The position numbers were made by a program, and so were the translations under genes. The notes under the pieces are model-generated. The model did not search any database and had not been told where the DNA came from. It was given only the letters and a program-made list of their open reading frames with translations. Below are positions 45,568 to 55,200 of a stretch of DNA of 64,000 bases, in pieces. Position 1 is the first letter of the stretch. Every line of letters starts with the position of its first letter. This stretch comes from Phycisphaerae bacterium (GTDB lineage Bacteria; Planctomycetota; Phycisphaerae; SM23-33). The stretch lies in assembly GCA_046541415.1 (NCBI GenBank), contig JBKHDI010000001.1, forward strand, positions 32,657 to 96,656. The letters are read 5' to 3'.

Positions 45568-46878
45568 ATGAAGAGCAGGACGCTTTCGGCGACGTGGATT
45601 GTGTTGTTCTACTGTTCAGGGCTTCTCCAGGCCCAGACGGTTGATGGGGAAAACGTCGTCTCGGATGCTCCCCAGCCGGACAGGTCAGGCAGCTTCACCG
45701 ACGACATCGTCGGACGAGACACCCTGACCGACAACTGGTTCGGTTTCGGCGACAAGCTGGTCCAGCAGGGCATCTGGGTAGGGTTGGGCACGACGAATGT
45801 CTACCAGGTCAACACCCACGGCGGGATCAGCACGCACGACCGCGAAGACCGCTTCACCGGCAGCTATGACCTGGAAGTGGAGTTCGATCTGGAGACGCTG
45901 CTGAATCTGCCTGACGCCATACTCTACGCCTACGCGGTGGGCAACTACAATGACGGGATCGACCCCGAGTCGATCGGCTCGGCCGTGGGGAACGTCAACG
46001 CCGACGCTGCCGGCGACCAGGCGATCATGCTGGCAGAACTGTACTACCAGCAGGCCTTGCTGGACGGCCGGCTGATGATCAAGATCGGCAAGATGGACCT
46101 GGCTGGCGGCTACGAATGCAAGGACTGCCCGGGCAGCTTCGACGGAAACAGCTACGCCAACGACGAGGCCACCCAGTTTCTCAACGCAGCCCTGGTCAAT
46201 AACCCTACGATTCCCTTCCCGGACTATGCTCTGGGCGTGATGGCGCACTACGAATTCCTTGACTCGCTGTATGTCTCAGCCGCGGTCGGCGATGCCCAGG
46301 CCGACGGCAGGGAGACGGGCTTTAACACCGCCTTCCACGACGAAGACTACTTCTTCAGCATCTTCGAGTTCGGCTACACACCGCGGATTGCCTGTCCCCG
46401 CGGCGGGCTGCAGGGGGCCTACCGCGTGGGGGTCTGGTATGACCCGCAGGACAAGACGCGTTTTACAGCCGGGACGACCAAACGCGATGACGTGGGCTTC
46501 TACTTCAGTGCTGACCAGAAAATCTACAACGAAAACGCCGACCGCGATGGCCAGGGCATGGGCGTCTTCGCCCGCTTCGGCTGGGCTGATGACGACATAA
46601 ACGCCGTCTCGCTGTTCTGGTCGGCGGGCCTGCAGTACCAGGGCCTGGTCCCGCAGCGGGATGATGACGTGCTGGCCTTCGGCGTCGCCAGCGGCAAGCT
46701 GACGCAGGCGGCTGGGTTCACCGACGCGTGGGAAACCGTCTACGAGCTCTATTACAGCCTGCAGCTTACCGGCTGGCTGCAGATCACCCCGTCGGTCCAG
46801 TACATCCAGGACCCCGGCGCAGCCGATGCCGCCAAGGACGCCCTGGTTGCGGGACTGCGCCTGCACCTGACGTTCTAG
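45568..46878 (+). CDS. carbohydrate-selective porin, OprB family (outer-membrane beta-barrel)
   Basis: Signal peptide, alternating amphipathic beta-strands, C-terminal Phe. OprB-like motifs. 436 aa. Confidence 0.7.
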   Translation: MKSRTLSATWIVLFYCSGLLQAQTVDGENVVSDAPQPDRSGSFTDDIVGRDTLTDNWFGFGDKLVQQGIWVGLGTTNVYQVNTHGGISTHDREDRFTGSYDLEVEFDLETLLNLPDAILYAYAVGNYNDGIDPESIGSAVGNVNADAAGDQAIMLAELYYQQALLDGRLMIKIGKMDLAGGYECKDCPGSFDGNSYANDEATQFLNAALVNNPTIPFPDYALGVMAHYEFLDSLYVSAAVGDAQADGRETGFNTAFHDEDYFFSIFEFGYTPRIACPRGGLQGAYRVGVWYDPQDKTRFTAGTTKRDDVGFYFSADQKIYNENADRDGQGMGVFARFGWADDDINAVSLFWSAGLQYQGLVPQRDDDVLAFGVASGKLTQAAGFTDAWETVYELYYSLQLTGWLQITPSVQYIQDPGAADAAKDALVAGLRLHLTF

Positions 46879-46897
46879 CTGTCGAGGAGTTAACGGC

Positions 46898-46940
46898 GCC
46901 GCCCGCCGGATTCACCCGTTTCCGGCGGGCGGCTGTTTCG
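46898..46940. terminator. bidirectional terminator (13-bp stem GCCGCCCGCCGGA/TCCGGCGGGCGGC, loop TTCACCCGTT, then TGTTTCGG)
   Basis: Read directly between convergent porin and lipoprotein genes. Confidence 0.6.
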
Positions 46941-46962
46941 GTCTGACCAGCGGAAGTCTTGA

Positions 46963-47307
46963 CTACGGCTGGAACACGGCCATGTCCACGCCCACTTCTT
47001 CGAGCTTCTCGAGCTTCTCCTCTTCCGACAGATTGTTCCAGACCGGCGGACAGCCGCTGCAGCACATGGCGATCTTCTGGCCCTTGAACTCGACGATCAA
47101 CGAGTCGGGGACATTTTCCTGGATGGCCATATTCTGCATGATGGGGCACTTGGTGTTGATGTACGGTCTCTGGGCAGCCTGGGCGTTGCCGTCGGCCGAT
47201 CCGGGCTGCGTGGCCTGTTCGTCGTCGTCATTGCATCCGGCCAGGGCCCCGGCCAGGGCCATTACGACGATCGCCGACAGGCAGAACAAGGCGTTGCGGG
47301 ATTTCAT
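46963..47307 (-). CDS. small lipoprotein with degenerate YHS/TRASH-like cysteine motif (putative metal-binding)
   Basis: Lipobox ALAGC. CPIM...KIAMCCSGCPP motif. AAGGAAG RBS. 114 aa. Confidence 0.5.
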   Translation of the reverse strand: MKSRNALFCLSAIVVMALAGALAGCNDDDEQATQPGSADGNAQAAQRPYINTKCPIMQNMAIQENVPDSLIVEFKGQKIAMCCSGCPPVWNNLSEEEKLEKLEEVGVDMAVFQP

Positions 47308-47409
47308 ATGCCACTTCCTTTCCGTCTCTTGTGCGCTTTGTGCCATCCGTGTACATTCTAGGACCCCCAAGAGAACCCGACCTTACCTGCACAGGATTTT
47401 TGCCTTGAG

Positions 47410-47971
47410 TTGGCTGACTGTCATGCTGATCGCCCTGGGCCTGGCGATGGACGCCTTTGCCGTATCGTTGGCCGCGGGGCTTACGATCAAGGATCTTACT
47501 GCCAGGCACGTGTTCCGGGTGGGGTGGCACTTCGGGCTTTTCCAGTTCCTCATGCCCGTGATCGGCTGGATCGCCGGTCGACGCGTCTCCGGATACATCA
47601 GCAGTTACGACCACTGGATCGCATTCGGGCTGTTGGCCTTCATCGGCGGGAAGATGGTCTATGAGGCGATTGCCGAGGACGAGCAGGAACGCTCCGATCG
47701 CGATCCGTCGCGAGGCCTGCTGCTGGTGACGCTGGCAATGGCGACCAGCATAGACGCCCTGGCGGTGGGGGTGTCGATGGCCTTTCTGGATGTCTCGATC
47801 TGGTGGCCCTGCATCACCATCGGAATTGTCGCAGCGTTGATGAGCACGATCGGCATCTTCTCCGGCAGCCGACTGGGCTCGCGGTGGGGCCAGCGGGCGG
47901 AGATCCTCGGCGGGCTGGTCCTGCTGACCATCGGGGCCAAGATCCTCATCGAAAGCTACGTCGGCAATTGA
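47410..47971 (+). CDS. mntP: manganese efflux pump MntP
   Basis: GLAMDAFAVSLAAG and second-half LAMATSIDALAVGVSMAF repeats, 6 TM. Start TTG 47410 or ATG 47423. Confidence 0.85.
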
Positions 47972-47977
47972 CGGCGG

Positions 47978-49282
47978 TCAGATCAACTTGGCCTGTCCCT
48001 CGACGAGCCCGGCCCGGAGGCAGACGTTGACGAAACCCGCGGCCGACCAGAGCTGGCTGCCCGAACCGCGCACCTGTCCGGTCCGGTAGTCGACTACCTC
48101 GTGAAACGTCCCGCCGTTGCGGACGGTCCGCGCCAGCAGGGCGGCGTTGCGGGGCAGTTCGTCATCCCTTCCCGTCGCGCGCTGCCGGGCCCACAACAAC
48201 AGCGTGTCGACGTACGGCCAGGACGTATTGTTGTGGTAGAAATCGTCGCGGCTGTAGAACGGCTCGAACAGCGGCGCCCCGATGTCGCTGATCGGGTAGT
48301 CTCCGACGACCTCCATCGCGTCGACGCCCAGGACCACGCCGGCCAGGACCGCCAAGGCCGAGCCGAGAGCGTCCCGCCGCCCGGCCGGGTTGCCGTGGCG
48401 ATCCAGGAAGTACTCGAACGTGCCATCCTCCCGCCGCAGCAGGGCGTGCATGGCCTGGCGAAGCTTTTCGGCCCGGGCGGACCATTCGGCCGCGGCCTGC
48501 TTCAGGCCCAGCTCCCGGGCAGCCCGGGACAGCATTGCCATCCCCCAGACGTAGAGACAATTGGTCGAGGTGGCCCGGACGAGCACGCAATCGGCGATCG
48601 AGAACTCCTGTGGATAGCCCGTCGCCTTGTGCGCCGGAAAGTGCACGTCGACGAAACTGGCCTGCCCGCGGTAGAGACCGCTGGTCTCGTCCAAAAACCG
48701 GTCGTAGAACCGCTGGAAGAACTCGCAGCCGGTCTCGTACATCCAGCGGTAGTCTTCCTGCCCGGCCTCCAGGCCCAGCAGGTCGCCGGCACAGGCGATC
48801 CAGACCACGTCATCGGTCCTGCGGAGGTACCCGTTGCTGCCGTTGGCCAACTTGAACTGGCGGTGGGGCAGTCCGGTCGGCGTCCATCCCTGGCCCGGCC
48901 AGTCGTCGCTTTCGTAGCCTGCTGCGATCTTCAGCCCGATCCGACGGCGAACCTGTCGCGAATACTCCAGGCTGGACCGCATCAACTCCGGATACAGACG
49001 ATTGAGCCCGAGCAGCCCGGCGTAGCTGATGTCCCGGGTGAAAACCGTCGGGCCGAACGTCGTGCCCGCCCCGAAATACTGCCTGCCGTCCTCGGCCGTG
49101 GCGATGTTCGACTCGATGTCGGCCAGGGCGATCTTCCAGAGACGCTGCATCATTGGCGTGGCAGGGCCCAGTCTGGCCGGGCAGATCGGCTGTGGGTCGG
49201 GCAGGTCGTCCAGCCGGATCGGGCCGAAGCGATCCACCACACAGTCATCCAGCAGTTGCAGGTCGTCGGATTGGTATTGCAA
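47978..49282 (-). CDS. six-hairpin (alpha/alpha)6 glycosidase-like protein (GDE_C/GH63-like; family uncertain)
   Basis: 434 aa with repeated aromatic-rich helical hairpins (WMYETGCEFF, YVWGMAML, WSAAGFVNV). No precise family call possible by eye. Confidence 0.4.
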   Translation of the reverse strand: MQYQSDDLQLLDDCVVDRFGPIRLDDLPDPQPICPARLGPATPMMQRLWKIALADIESNIATAEDGRQYFGAGTTFGPTVFTRDISYAGLLGLNRLYPELMRSSLEYSRQVRRRIGLKIAAGYESDDWPGQGWTPTGLPHRQFKLANGSNGYLRRTDDVVWIACAGDLLGLEAGQEDYRWMYETGCEFFQRFYDRFLDETSGLYRGQASFVDVHFPAHKATGYPQEFSIADCVLVRATSTNCLYVWGMAMLSRAARELGLKQAAAEWSARAEKLRQAMHALLRREDGTFEYFLDRHGNPAGRRDALGSALAVLAGVVLGVDAMEVVGDYPISDIGAPLFEPFYSRDDFYHNNTSWPYVDTLLLWARQRATGRDDELPRNAALLARTVRNGGTFHEVVDYRTGQVRGSGSQLWSAAGFVNVCLRAGLVEGQAKLI

Positions 49283-49359
49283 TGTCAGCCGGGCCTTTCA
49301 TAGTACATAGTCAGGAAAGAGAGTCTACCCGTCCGGCAGGACACCGACAAGCATCCGCC

Positions 49360-49995
49360 ATGGCAGATACTACAGCACAGACTGCTCGATTGATCGTTCT
49401 GACGCGATATCCCCGCAGCGGGCAGGTCAAGACGCGCCTGATCGGACAGCTGGGGCCTTGGCGGGCGGCCGAGTTGCACCGACGGATGGCAGAGTGGACC
49501 ATCCAGCTGGCTGCGGAATACTGCCGCACCCGCCCGGATACCGAGTTGCAGGTCGCCTGCACCGGGGCGAGCTTGACGGAGATGCGGGACTGGCTGGGCT
49601 GTCGGATTGCGCTGGTATCCCAGCGGGGCGAAGGCTTGGGCGAGCGGATGCACAACAGCCTGGCCGACGCCCTGGCCGGCGGGTTCTCGCCGGCGTTGGT
49701 AATCGGCACGGACTGTCCGCAACTGGATGAACACGTCCTGGAGCGCGCATCGGCCGCTCTGGAAACCGCCGACGTGGTCTTCGGGCCCGCGGAGGATGGC
49801 GGATACTACCTGGTGGGGCTTACCAGGCCCGTGGACATATTCTCGGGCATCACGTTCGGCCGCAATGACGTGCTGTCGGCCTCGCTGGACCGCTGCAGGT
49901 CCCTGGATCTGAAAGTAGCCTGCATCGACAGACTGGCCGACATCGACAGGCCGGAGGATCTCGCGTTGCTGCCGGAGGGTTTCCTGCCGACTTGA
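49360..49995 (+). CDS. DUF2064 / TIGR04282-family glycosyltransferase-like protein
   Basis: Pattern LIVLTRYPRSGQVKTRL....GFSPALVIGTDCPQLD..VFGPAEDGGYYLVGL typical of this family. 211 aa. Confidence 0.6.
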   Translation: MADTTAQTARLIVLTRYPRSGQVKTRLIGQLGPWRAAELHRRMAEWTIQLAAEYCRTRPDTELQVACTGASLTEMRDWLGCRIALVSQRGEGLGERMHNSLADALAGGFSPALVIGTDCPQLDEHVLERASAALETADVVFGPAEDGGYYLVGLTRPVDIFSGITFGRNDVLSASLDRCRSLDLKVACIDRLADIDRPEDLALLPEGFLPT

Positions 49996-50059
49996 GCTCG
50001 ACAAGGGGCCTACAATATCGCGGGTGACTTGATTGTGTCCAATCACGAAAGGCGACAAC

Positions 50060-50689
50060 ATGACGAAAGTACTGTTTATCCAGTCCTCGCCGCGGGGCCA
50101 GCGAAGCCGCTCGATTCAGGTGGCCAAGTCCTTTCTGGAAGGTCTGGCCGAAGCCAGAGGCCAACTGGAGACCGACACGCTGGACCTCTTTCAGGCCGAC
50201 TTGCCCCCATTTGACGGCGCGGCCCTGGAAGCCAAGTACGAGATCCTTTCCGGCTCTTCGCCCAGCGATGCGCATAGGCAGGCGTGGGCGAAGGTCGAGG
50301 CGGTGATCGACCGGTTCACCTCGGCCGACGTGGTCGTACTGGCCGTGCCGATGTGGAATTTCGGCATCCCGTACGTGCTGAAGCACTTCTTCGACGTGAT
50401 CGTCCAGCCGGGTTACACCTTCAGCTACGATCCGGAGAAGGGCTATTCCGGTCTTGTTACCGGCAAGACGGCCCTGGTCGCCTATGCCCGCGGCGGCGAT
50501 TACGACGCCGAGGCCCTCCAGGCCGTGGACCACCAGCAGCGGTACCTGGAGTTGATCCTCGGCTTTGTCGGATTCGGGGACGTCCGGTCCGTCACGGTCC
50601 AGCCGACGCTGATGGGCGATGAGGACAGCAAGTCCCGGAAGCTGGCCGGGGCCGTCGCAGAGGCCCGGAAAATCGGATCGCAGCTTTAA
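50060..50689 (+). CDS. azoR: FMN-dependent NADH-azoreductase
   Basis: MTKVLFIQSSPRG...LAVPMWNFGIPYVLKHFFD pattern of AzoR/ACP phosphodiesterase-like flavodoxin fold. 209 aa. Confidence 0.85.
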   Translation: MTKVLFIQSSPRGQRSRSIQVAKSFLEGLAEARGQLETDTLDLFQADLPPFDGAALEAKYEILSGSSPSDAHRQAWAKVEAVIDRFTSADVVVLAVPMWNFGIPYVLKHFFDVIVQPGYTFSYDPEKGYSGLVTGKTALVAYARGGDYDAEALQAVDHQQRYLELILGFVGFGDVRSVTVQPTLMGDEDSKSRKLAGAVAEARKIGSQL

Positions 50690-51741
50690 TTCCGGCCGCT
50701 TGCGGCGAGGTGGCGTTTGAGCTTCTCGGCCAGTTCGGCTGCGATTTTCGCCACGCCGGCATCCGGATCGTTCTGCGCGTTGACCAGGGCGGTGCGGATT
50801 TCGGCCAGGCGATACGATGCCACCGTCACGGCCATGGTGTCGTAGAGCATCTGGTCGTAGAGCGTTTTGCTGTTCCGCGCCAGCACGCGGGCCTGTGCCT
50901 GGATGCGCCCATAGTCGATCTGTCGGCCGTCGTCGAAGATCACGCGGGTGCAGGAGGGCAGCGAGGCCACCGTGTAGCCATCTTCCTGTCGAACCAGCAC
51001 GGGTCCGGCGAAACGCATGTTCTCTGGTCCGGGATTCTCGCGGACGGCCTGCAGATCGGCTTGGCAGTCTCTGCAGGGATCGGCTTGGGGACTGGGCTGA
51101 CTGGGCCGGTGGACGCGGAGAACCGCGTTGACCAGACAGTCGGGCTGTTTGCAATGGGCCCCGTCGGAGTGGGAGAGATTCTTGCTGAGCCCGAGGATGT
51201 GGGCAGCCTCGTGGCGGAGGGCGATCGGCAGGATGATTCGCGTCATCGGGGTGAAATAGGCCATGTCGACGAAGATCGCCGCAGGGTACTCCGTTCGTAC
51301 ATATGGCCTCTCTGCCCTTCGGTTCGCCTGGCGGGACGAATCGTAGAACAATACGTAGAGATAGGCTGTCCTGTTCCCGGCAGCCATCTCGGCGGGCATG
51401 TGCATGCGGCGCAGGGCGAGTTGGATCTCGTCGTTACCCGCGGCCATGTCTGCGGGAATGGGGCTGTCGCGGTGCACCACGATGCCGCGTGGTTTGTCAC
51501 AATGGGCCGAAAGGAAGTCCACCAGCGGCTGAACGAAATCTTCTTCGTTCAGGTAGATTCCCTCCAGGTGGTCGATCTGGACGTAGAGGCGGTCGCAGGT
51601 CCGGTCGGACAGGTAGAGCGCCTCGGGGCTCTGCCAGTCGGCCAGGCGGGCAGGACGCCCCGGCCCGGTGCAACCGACACAGACAGCCGCCCCCGCCAGC
51701 ATGGCGATCAGCAGCTGATAACGTCGTTGCACCGGGCCCAT
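50686..51741 (-). CDS. zinc-metalloprotease-like lipoprotein (HEAAH + downstream CX4C...CXXC; archaemetzincin/M54-like)
   Basis: Lipobox AVCVGC. HEAAHILGL...H..CKQPDC...CRDC arrangement reminiscent of peptidase M54 signature, with non-canonical spacing. Confidence 0.45.
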   Translation of the reverse strand: MGPVQRRYQLLIAMLAGAAVCVGCTGPGRPARLADWQSPEALYLSDRTCDRLYVQIDHLEGIYLNEEDFVQPLVDFLSAHCDKPRGIVVHRDSPIPADMAAGNDEIQLALRRMHMPAEMAAGNRTAYLYVLFYDSSRQANRRAERPYVRTEYPAAIFVDMAYFTPMTRIILPIALRHEAAHILGLSKNLSHSDGAHCKQPDCLVNAVLRVHRPSQPSPQADPCRDCQADLQAVRENPGPENMRFAGPVLVRQEDGYTVASLPSCTRVIFDDGRQIDYGRIQAQARVLARNSKTLYDQMLYDTMAVTVASYRLAEIRTALVNAQNDPDAGVAKIAAELAEKLKRHLAASGRN

Positions 51742-51760
51742 GGCTGTCCTCTGAGGTCTT

Positions 51761-52579
51761 TCAGACTCCGCTGTAGGCGTTGAACCCGCCGTCGACGGGA
51801 ACGACAACCCCGGTTACGAACTTGCCCGCGTCGCTCATCAGCCAGACCAGCGTGCCGACCAGTTCCTCGGCCTCGCCGAAGCGTCCAGCCGGGGTGTGCG
51901 AGACAATCTGCTGGCCGCGGGCGGTCAGGCTGCCGTCTTCGTTGGTCAGCAGGAAGCGGTTCTGCTCGGTCAGGAAGAAGCCCGGCGCAATCGCGTTAAC
52001 GCGGATCTCCGGGGAGTGGTTCTGGGCCATGTAGACCGCCAGCCACTGCGTGAAGTTGCTGATTGCCGCCTTGGCGCCGCTGTAGGCGGCGATGCGGGTC
52101 AGGGGGCGGAAGGCGTTCATCGAGGAGATATTGATGATCTGGCCTTTGCCGGCCGCGGCCATGCCGGCCCCGAAAATCTGCGAGGGCATCATCGTGCCCA
52201 GACAGTTCAGATCGAAGACCCAGCGGATCGCGTCGGCGTCCAGTTCGAAGAACGTGGTGGGGGGGACGCAGGTGGCTTCCTTTTTATTGCCCCCCGCCCC
52301 GTTGATCAGCACGTCGCAGCCGCCGAGGGTGTCCAGCGTCTTCTTCTGGGCGTCTTCGATCTCGCCCTTGTCCAGGACGTTGACCTTGACGGCCACGGCC
52401 TTGCCGCCGGCGTCGGTAATCTCCTTGGCCATCGCCTCGGCGCCTTCGAAGTTGAAGTCCAGCAGGGCGACGTGGGCGCCGCGGCAGGCCAGGGACTTGG
52501 CCATCTCTCCGCATAGCACGCCGGCGCCGCCGGTGATCGCTACGCGCTGGCCGCTGATATCAAACAAACTGTCGGTCAT
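51761..52579 (-). CDS. SDR family oxidoreductase (KduD/fructuronate-reductase-like)
   Basis: TGGAGVLG Rossmann motif, catalytic YSGAK, 272 aa. AAAGGAAAG RBS. Confidence 0.75.
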   Translation of the reverse strand: MTDSLFDISGQRVAITGGAGVLCGEMAKSLACRGAHVALLDFNFEGAEAMAKEITDAGGKAVAVKVNVLDKGEIEDAQKKTLDTLGGCDVLINGAGGNKKEATCVPPTTFFELDADAIRWVFDLNCLGTMMPSQIFGAGMAAAGKGQIINISSMNAFRPLTRIAAYSGAKAAISNFTQWLAVYMAQNHSPEIRVNAIAPGFFLTEQNRFLLTNEDGSLTARGQQIVSHTPAGRFGEAEELVGTLVWLMSDAGKFVTGVVVPVDGGFNAYSGV

Positions 52580-52617
52580 GACTTTCCTTTCTGCTCTCCG
52601 CGAGGGAGAATCGGGTT

Positions 52618-54108
52618 CTACTTGGCGACCTGGGCAAACGGCTCGACGTGGCGGCCGAGATGGTGGGCCAGGACATCGTAATGCTCTTGCTCGTGCGTCT
52701 CCAGCGCCTCGTACATCCGCGTGCGGAATTTCGAGCCGCCCTCGGCGGTCAGCACGGACCCGAACGTCACGTGGAAGACCTGTCGGGCGTCGAAGTCGTC
52801 CAGCAGATCGGCCAGCTGGTCATCGCTGAGCGTATCGGCGGCCGGGACCTTGCTGACGTCGGCCGAAACGTGGTACGTCGCCTTGTCCGTCTCGTAGCGG
52901 TCGCGTGCGAAGTCGAGGATCTCGCGGTACAGGTCGGGCTGAACCTTCGAGATCGCCCGCAGCGCTTCGAGGTAGCTCGTCCCGGCGGTCTTGAGGTGCA
53001 CGGTCCCGCCGGTCATCTCGGCGACGATGGGGTAGATGCTGAACTTGTCCGACCCGGAGTGGATCGACATCTTGTACGGGCCAAGCGTCCGCATGACGGC
53101 CACGTGTTCGGCGAAGCTCTTGCGGAAGATATCCAGGTCGCCGATGTAGTCGACACCTTTCTCGAAGCGCCCGATAAAACGCGGGGCCATCGAGACCCAC
53201 TTCACGCCGCACCGCTTCAACTCGTTGGCGAAGAAGTAGTGCTCTGCCGGGCTGGTCGGGCTGTCGGTCTCATCGACGCTGACTTCCAGCTCGAACTTCT
53301 CGTCGTCGAGTCTGGTCTGCAGGTGGCGGTACATCTTCAGCGTGTGAGCCACGGCCCCGCCGTACTTGATGAACGCGCGGTAGAACGTCTCGGCGTCGAA
53401 GGCGACGCTCCCGCCACCGACCAGGTCGAACGTCTTGCCGACATAGCTGCCTTTCAGATCGGCCGGGCTGGTATCCAGCTGGGCCACCAGGTCGGTCAGG
53501 GTATCGAACCGCGATTCCAGTTGGTCGCTGGACAGCTCGTCAGCCTCGTTGACCACGTGCTGGCCCGGATCGATGGTGAACATCGTAAACCCGGCCGCCA
53601 CCGTCACGTCGATGTCCTCCAACTGCTGGAGGTGGTCGGCGTCGGACCCGAAGCCGTCCGTGTAGCCTTCCTGCAGCACGCCGAAGGTGGCCGCGTCCAT
53701 CACCTGCTCGGGCGTCCGCTGGGTGCGGGTCATCTCGCGGATCGACTGCTGGGCCAGGATCGGCACCACGCCGCTGTCGCGGATCGAGCGGATGTGACCC
53801 GGCGTCGCCAGGCCCAGCCGATCGCCCAGCCCGGCGCTGGTGGCCAGGCCGACGCACTTCGCTGCCGTCCAGGGCAGCAGGCGGCGGATGTGCTCTGCCG
53901 CGTTGTGGTCGGCCGGTCCGACGCAGACGCACAGGCCGTCGATCTGGGCGACCTCTTCCGTGCCTTGCCACCAGCCTGGCCCGACGATGCCCACAAGCTT
54001 CTGCCTGCCCTTGCCAGCCAGGAAGAACGTCGAACCGTCCTTCTCGACAATGCTGGATTCGTACACGTCCAGGCCCGTTGCCTGGTCAAGTTGGTCCTTG
54101 CTGAGCAT
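52618..54108 (-). CDS. tagaturonate/fructuronate epimerase (UxaE)-like protein
   Basis: 496 aa, pattern and size recalled for UxaE family. Adjacent SDR fits hexuronate module. Assignment from memory. Confidence 0.4.
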   Translation of the reverse strand: MLSKDQLDQATGLDVYESSIVEKDGSTFFLAGKGRQKLVGIVGPGWWQGTEEVAQIDGLCVCVGPADHNAAEHIRRLLPWTAAKCVGLATSAGLGDRLGLATPGHIRSIRDSGVVPILAQQSIREMTRTQRTPEQVMDAATFGVLQEGYTDGFGSDADHLQQLEDIDVTVAAGFTMFTIDPGQHVVNEADELSSDQLESRFDTLTDLVAQLDTSPADLKGSYVGKTFDLVGGGSVAFDAETFYRAFIKYGGAVAHTLKMYRHLQTRLDDEKFELEVSVDETDSPTSPAEHYFFANELKRCGVKWVSMAPRFIGRFEKGVDYIGDLDIFRKSFAEHVAVMRTLGPYKMSIHSGSDKFSIYPIVAEMTGGTVHLKTAGTSYLEALRAISKVQPDLYREILDFARDRYETDKATYHVSADVSKVPAADTLSDDQLADLLDDFDARQVFHVTFGSVLTAEGGSKFRTRMYEALETHEQEHYDVLAHHLGRHVEPFAQVAK

Positions 54109-54123
54109 GGGTTTCCTTCCCGT

Positions 54124-54603
54124 CTATTCTGGATCCGTCTGCCCCTGCCAGGCCTCTGCAGCCGACCGGGACTCCTGGTACTTTCCGATTGTGTTTGTCA
54201 TGCTGCTCCAGGCGATCAACAACCAGAACGCGCCCAGGACAACATAGAGTATCTTCAAGCCCTGCAGGTTCCTTCCGACATCTTCGCGTTCGACCCGAAG
54301 CACGTACATGTCTGTCAGGCTCAGGGCAACGATACCGAAGAACGTCAGGATCATCAGGACCCGCCCGACGGCAGCGACGAGACAATGCGTCAGATTGCCC
54401 TGCCAGGTCCGACGATCAACTGTCGTCTTGCCTTGATCACCGATGAGGTAGAAGCCGTCTTCTGCATCCGGCGTGGTTCCCAGGGCCCGGCCTCCCTGGC
54501 GGCTGGTGACAGCACGGAAGGCTACCTCATTGGCCAGCAGCAACAGCAGCAACACCATGAGCATCAGCCAGATTCGCGGGATGATCTTCCTGGCGTTCGC
54601 CAT
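54124..54603 (-). CDS. hypothetical membrane protein (3 predicted TM)
   Basis: Start at MANARKIIPRIWLMLMVLLLLLLA. Track ORF extends 5'. Confidence 0.45.
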   Translation of the reverse strand: MANARKIIPRIWLMLMVLLLLLLANEVAFRAVTSRQGGRALGTTPDAEDGFYLIGDQGKTTVDRRTWQGNLTHCLVAAVGRVLMILTFFGIVALSLTDMYVLRVEREDVGRNLQGLKILYVVLGAFWLLIAWSSMTNTIGKYQESRSAAEAWQGQTDPE

Positions 54604-54619
54604 CGCCGGGCCGCTGCGG

Positions 54620-55179
54620 CTACTCGTAGACCGGTTCGGGCTGGGATTCGGGCAGTTCAAAACCTTCCGGCCTCCACCGCCAGTCAAGCTGTCCCTGGTG
54701 CTCTGCCTTGAGGCGGTTGACATCCTTCTGGGCTTGGATGATCAGCCCATAGAGGCGGTCAAAGGGCGGCAGTGACTCGGTCTTCCGGGAGCGGACAATG
54801 CTTACGTGTTCGCCGCTGTCCAGGGACAGGCCGATGACAATCAGGCTGCCGTCGGGAACCGCCGGGTGACGGCGTCGAGCCATCTTGGCCAGGCTCGGGT
54901 CGGCCAAAGCTTCGGCCAGGTCCCGGTACTGCTCTTCGGTCAGCTCAAAGGGGTAGCGGGCTTCCTGAAAACCGGACCTGGACGGACGGACCTCCTGCAC
55001 CCAGGCTGATCGATCAGCCCGAATGAAGACGTTCCGCCCGCCCATGCCCTCGATCTTGGTATCGTAAAGGATCACGTGCTCAATGGCATCGGGCCTGATG
55101 ACCAGGGGCTTTTCTTGCCTCTGACAGCCGACCTGCAGGGCGATTGCAGCCAGCAGAAGAACCAAAGTGGAATATCGCA
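54620..55179 (-). CDS. hypothetical lipoprotein (lipobox ALQVGC)
   Basis: GTG start with AAGGA RBS. Signal VRYSTLVLLLAAIALQVGC. 186 aa. Confidence 0.5.
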
Positions 55180-55200
55180 CGTGACGTTGTCCTTTCGACC

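Noticed and set aside
47308-47409. possible yybP-ykoY Mn2+ riboswitch upstream of mntP
   Set aside because: Expected location, but the ~100-nt sequence shows no recognisable conserved riboswitch core by eye. Left as a check, not called.
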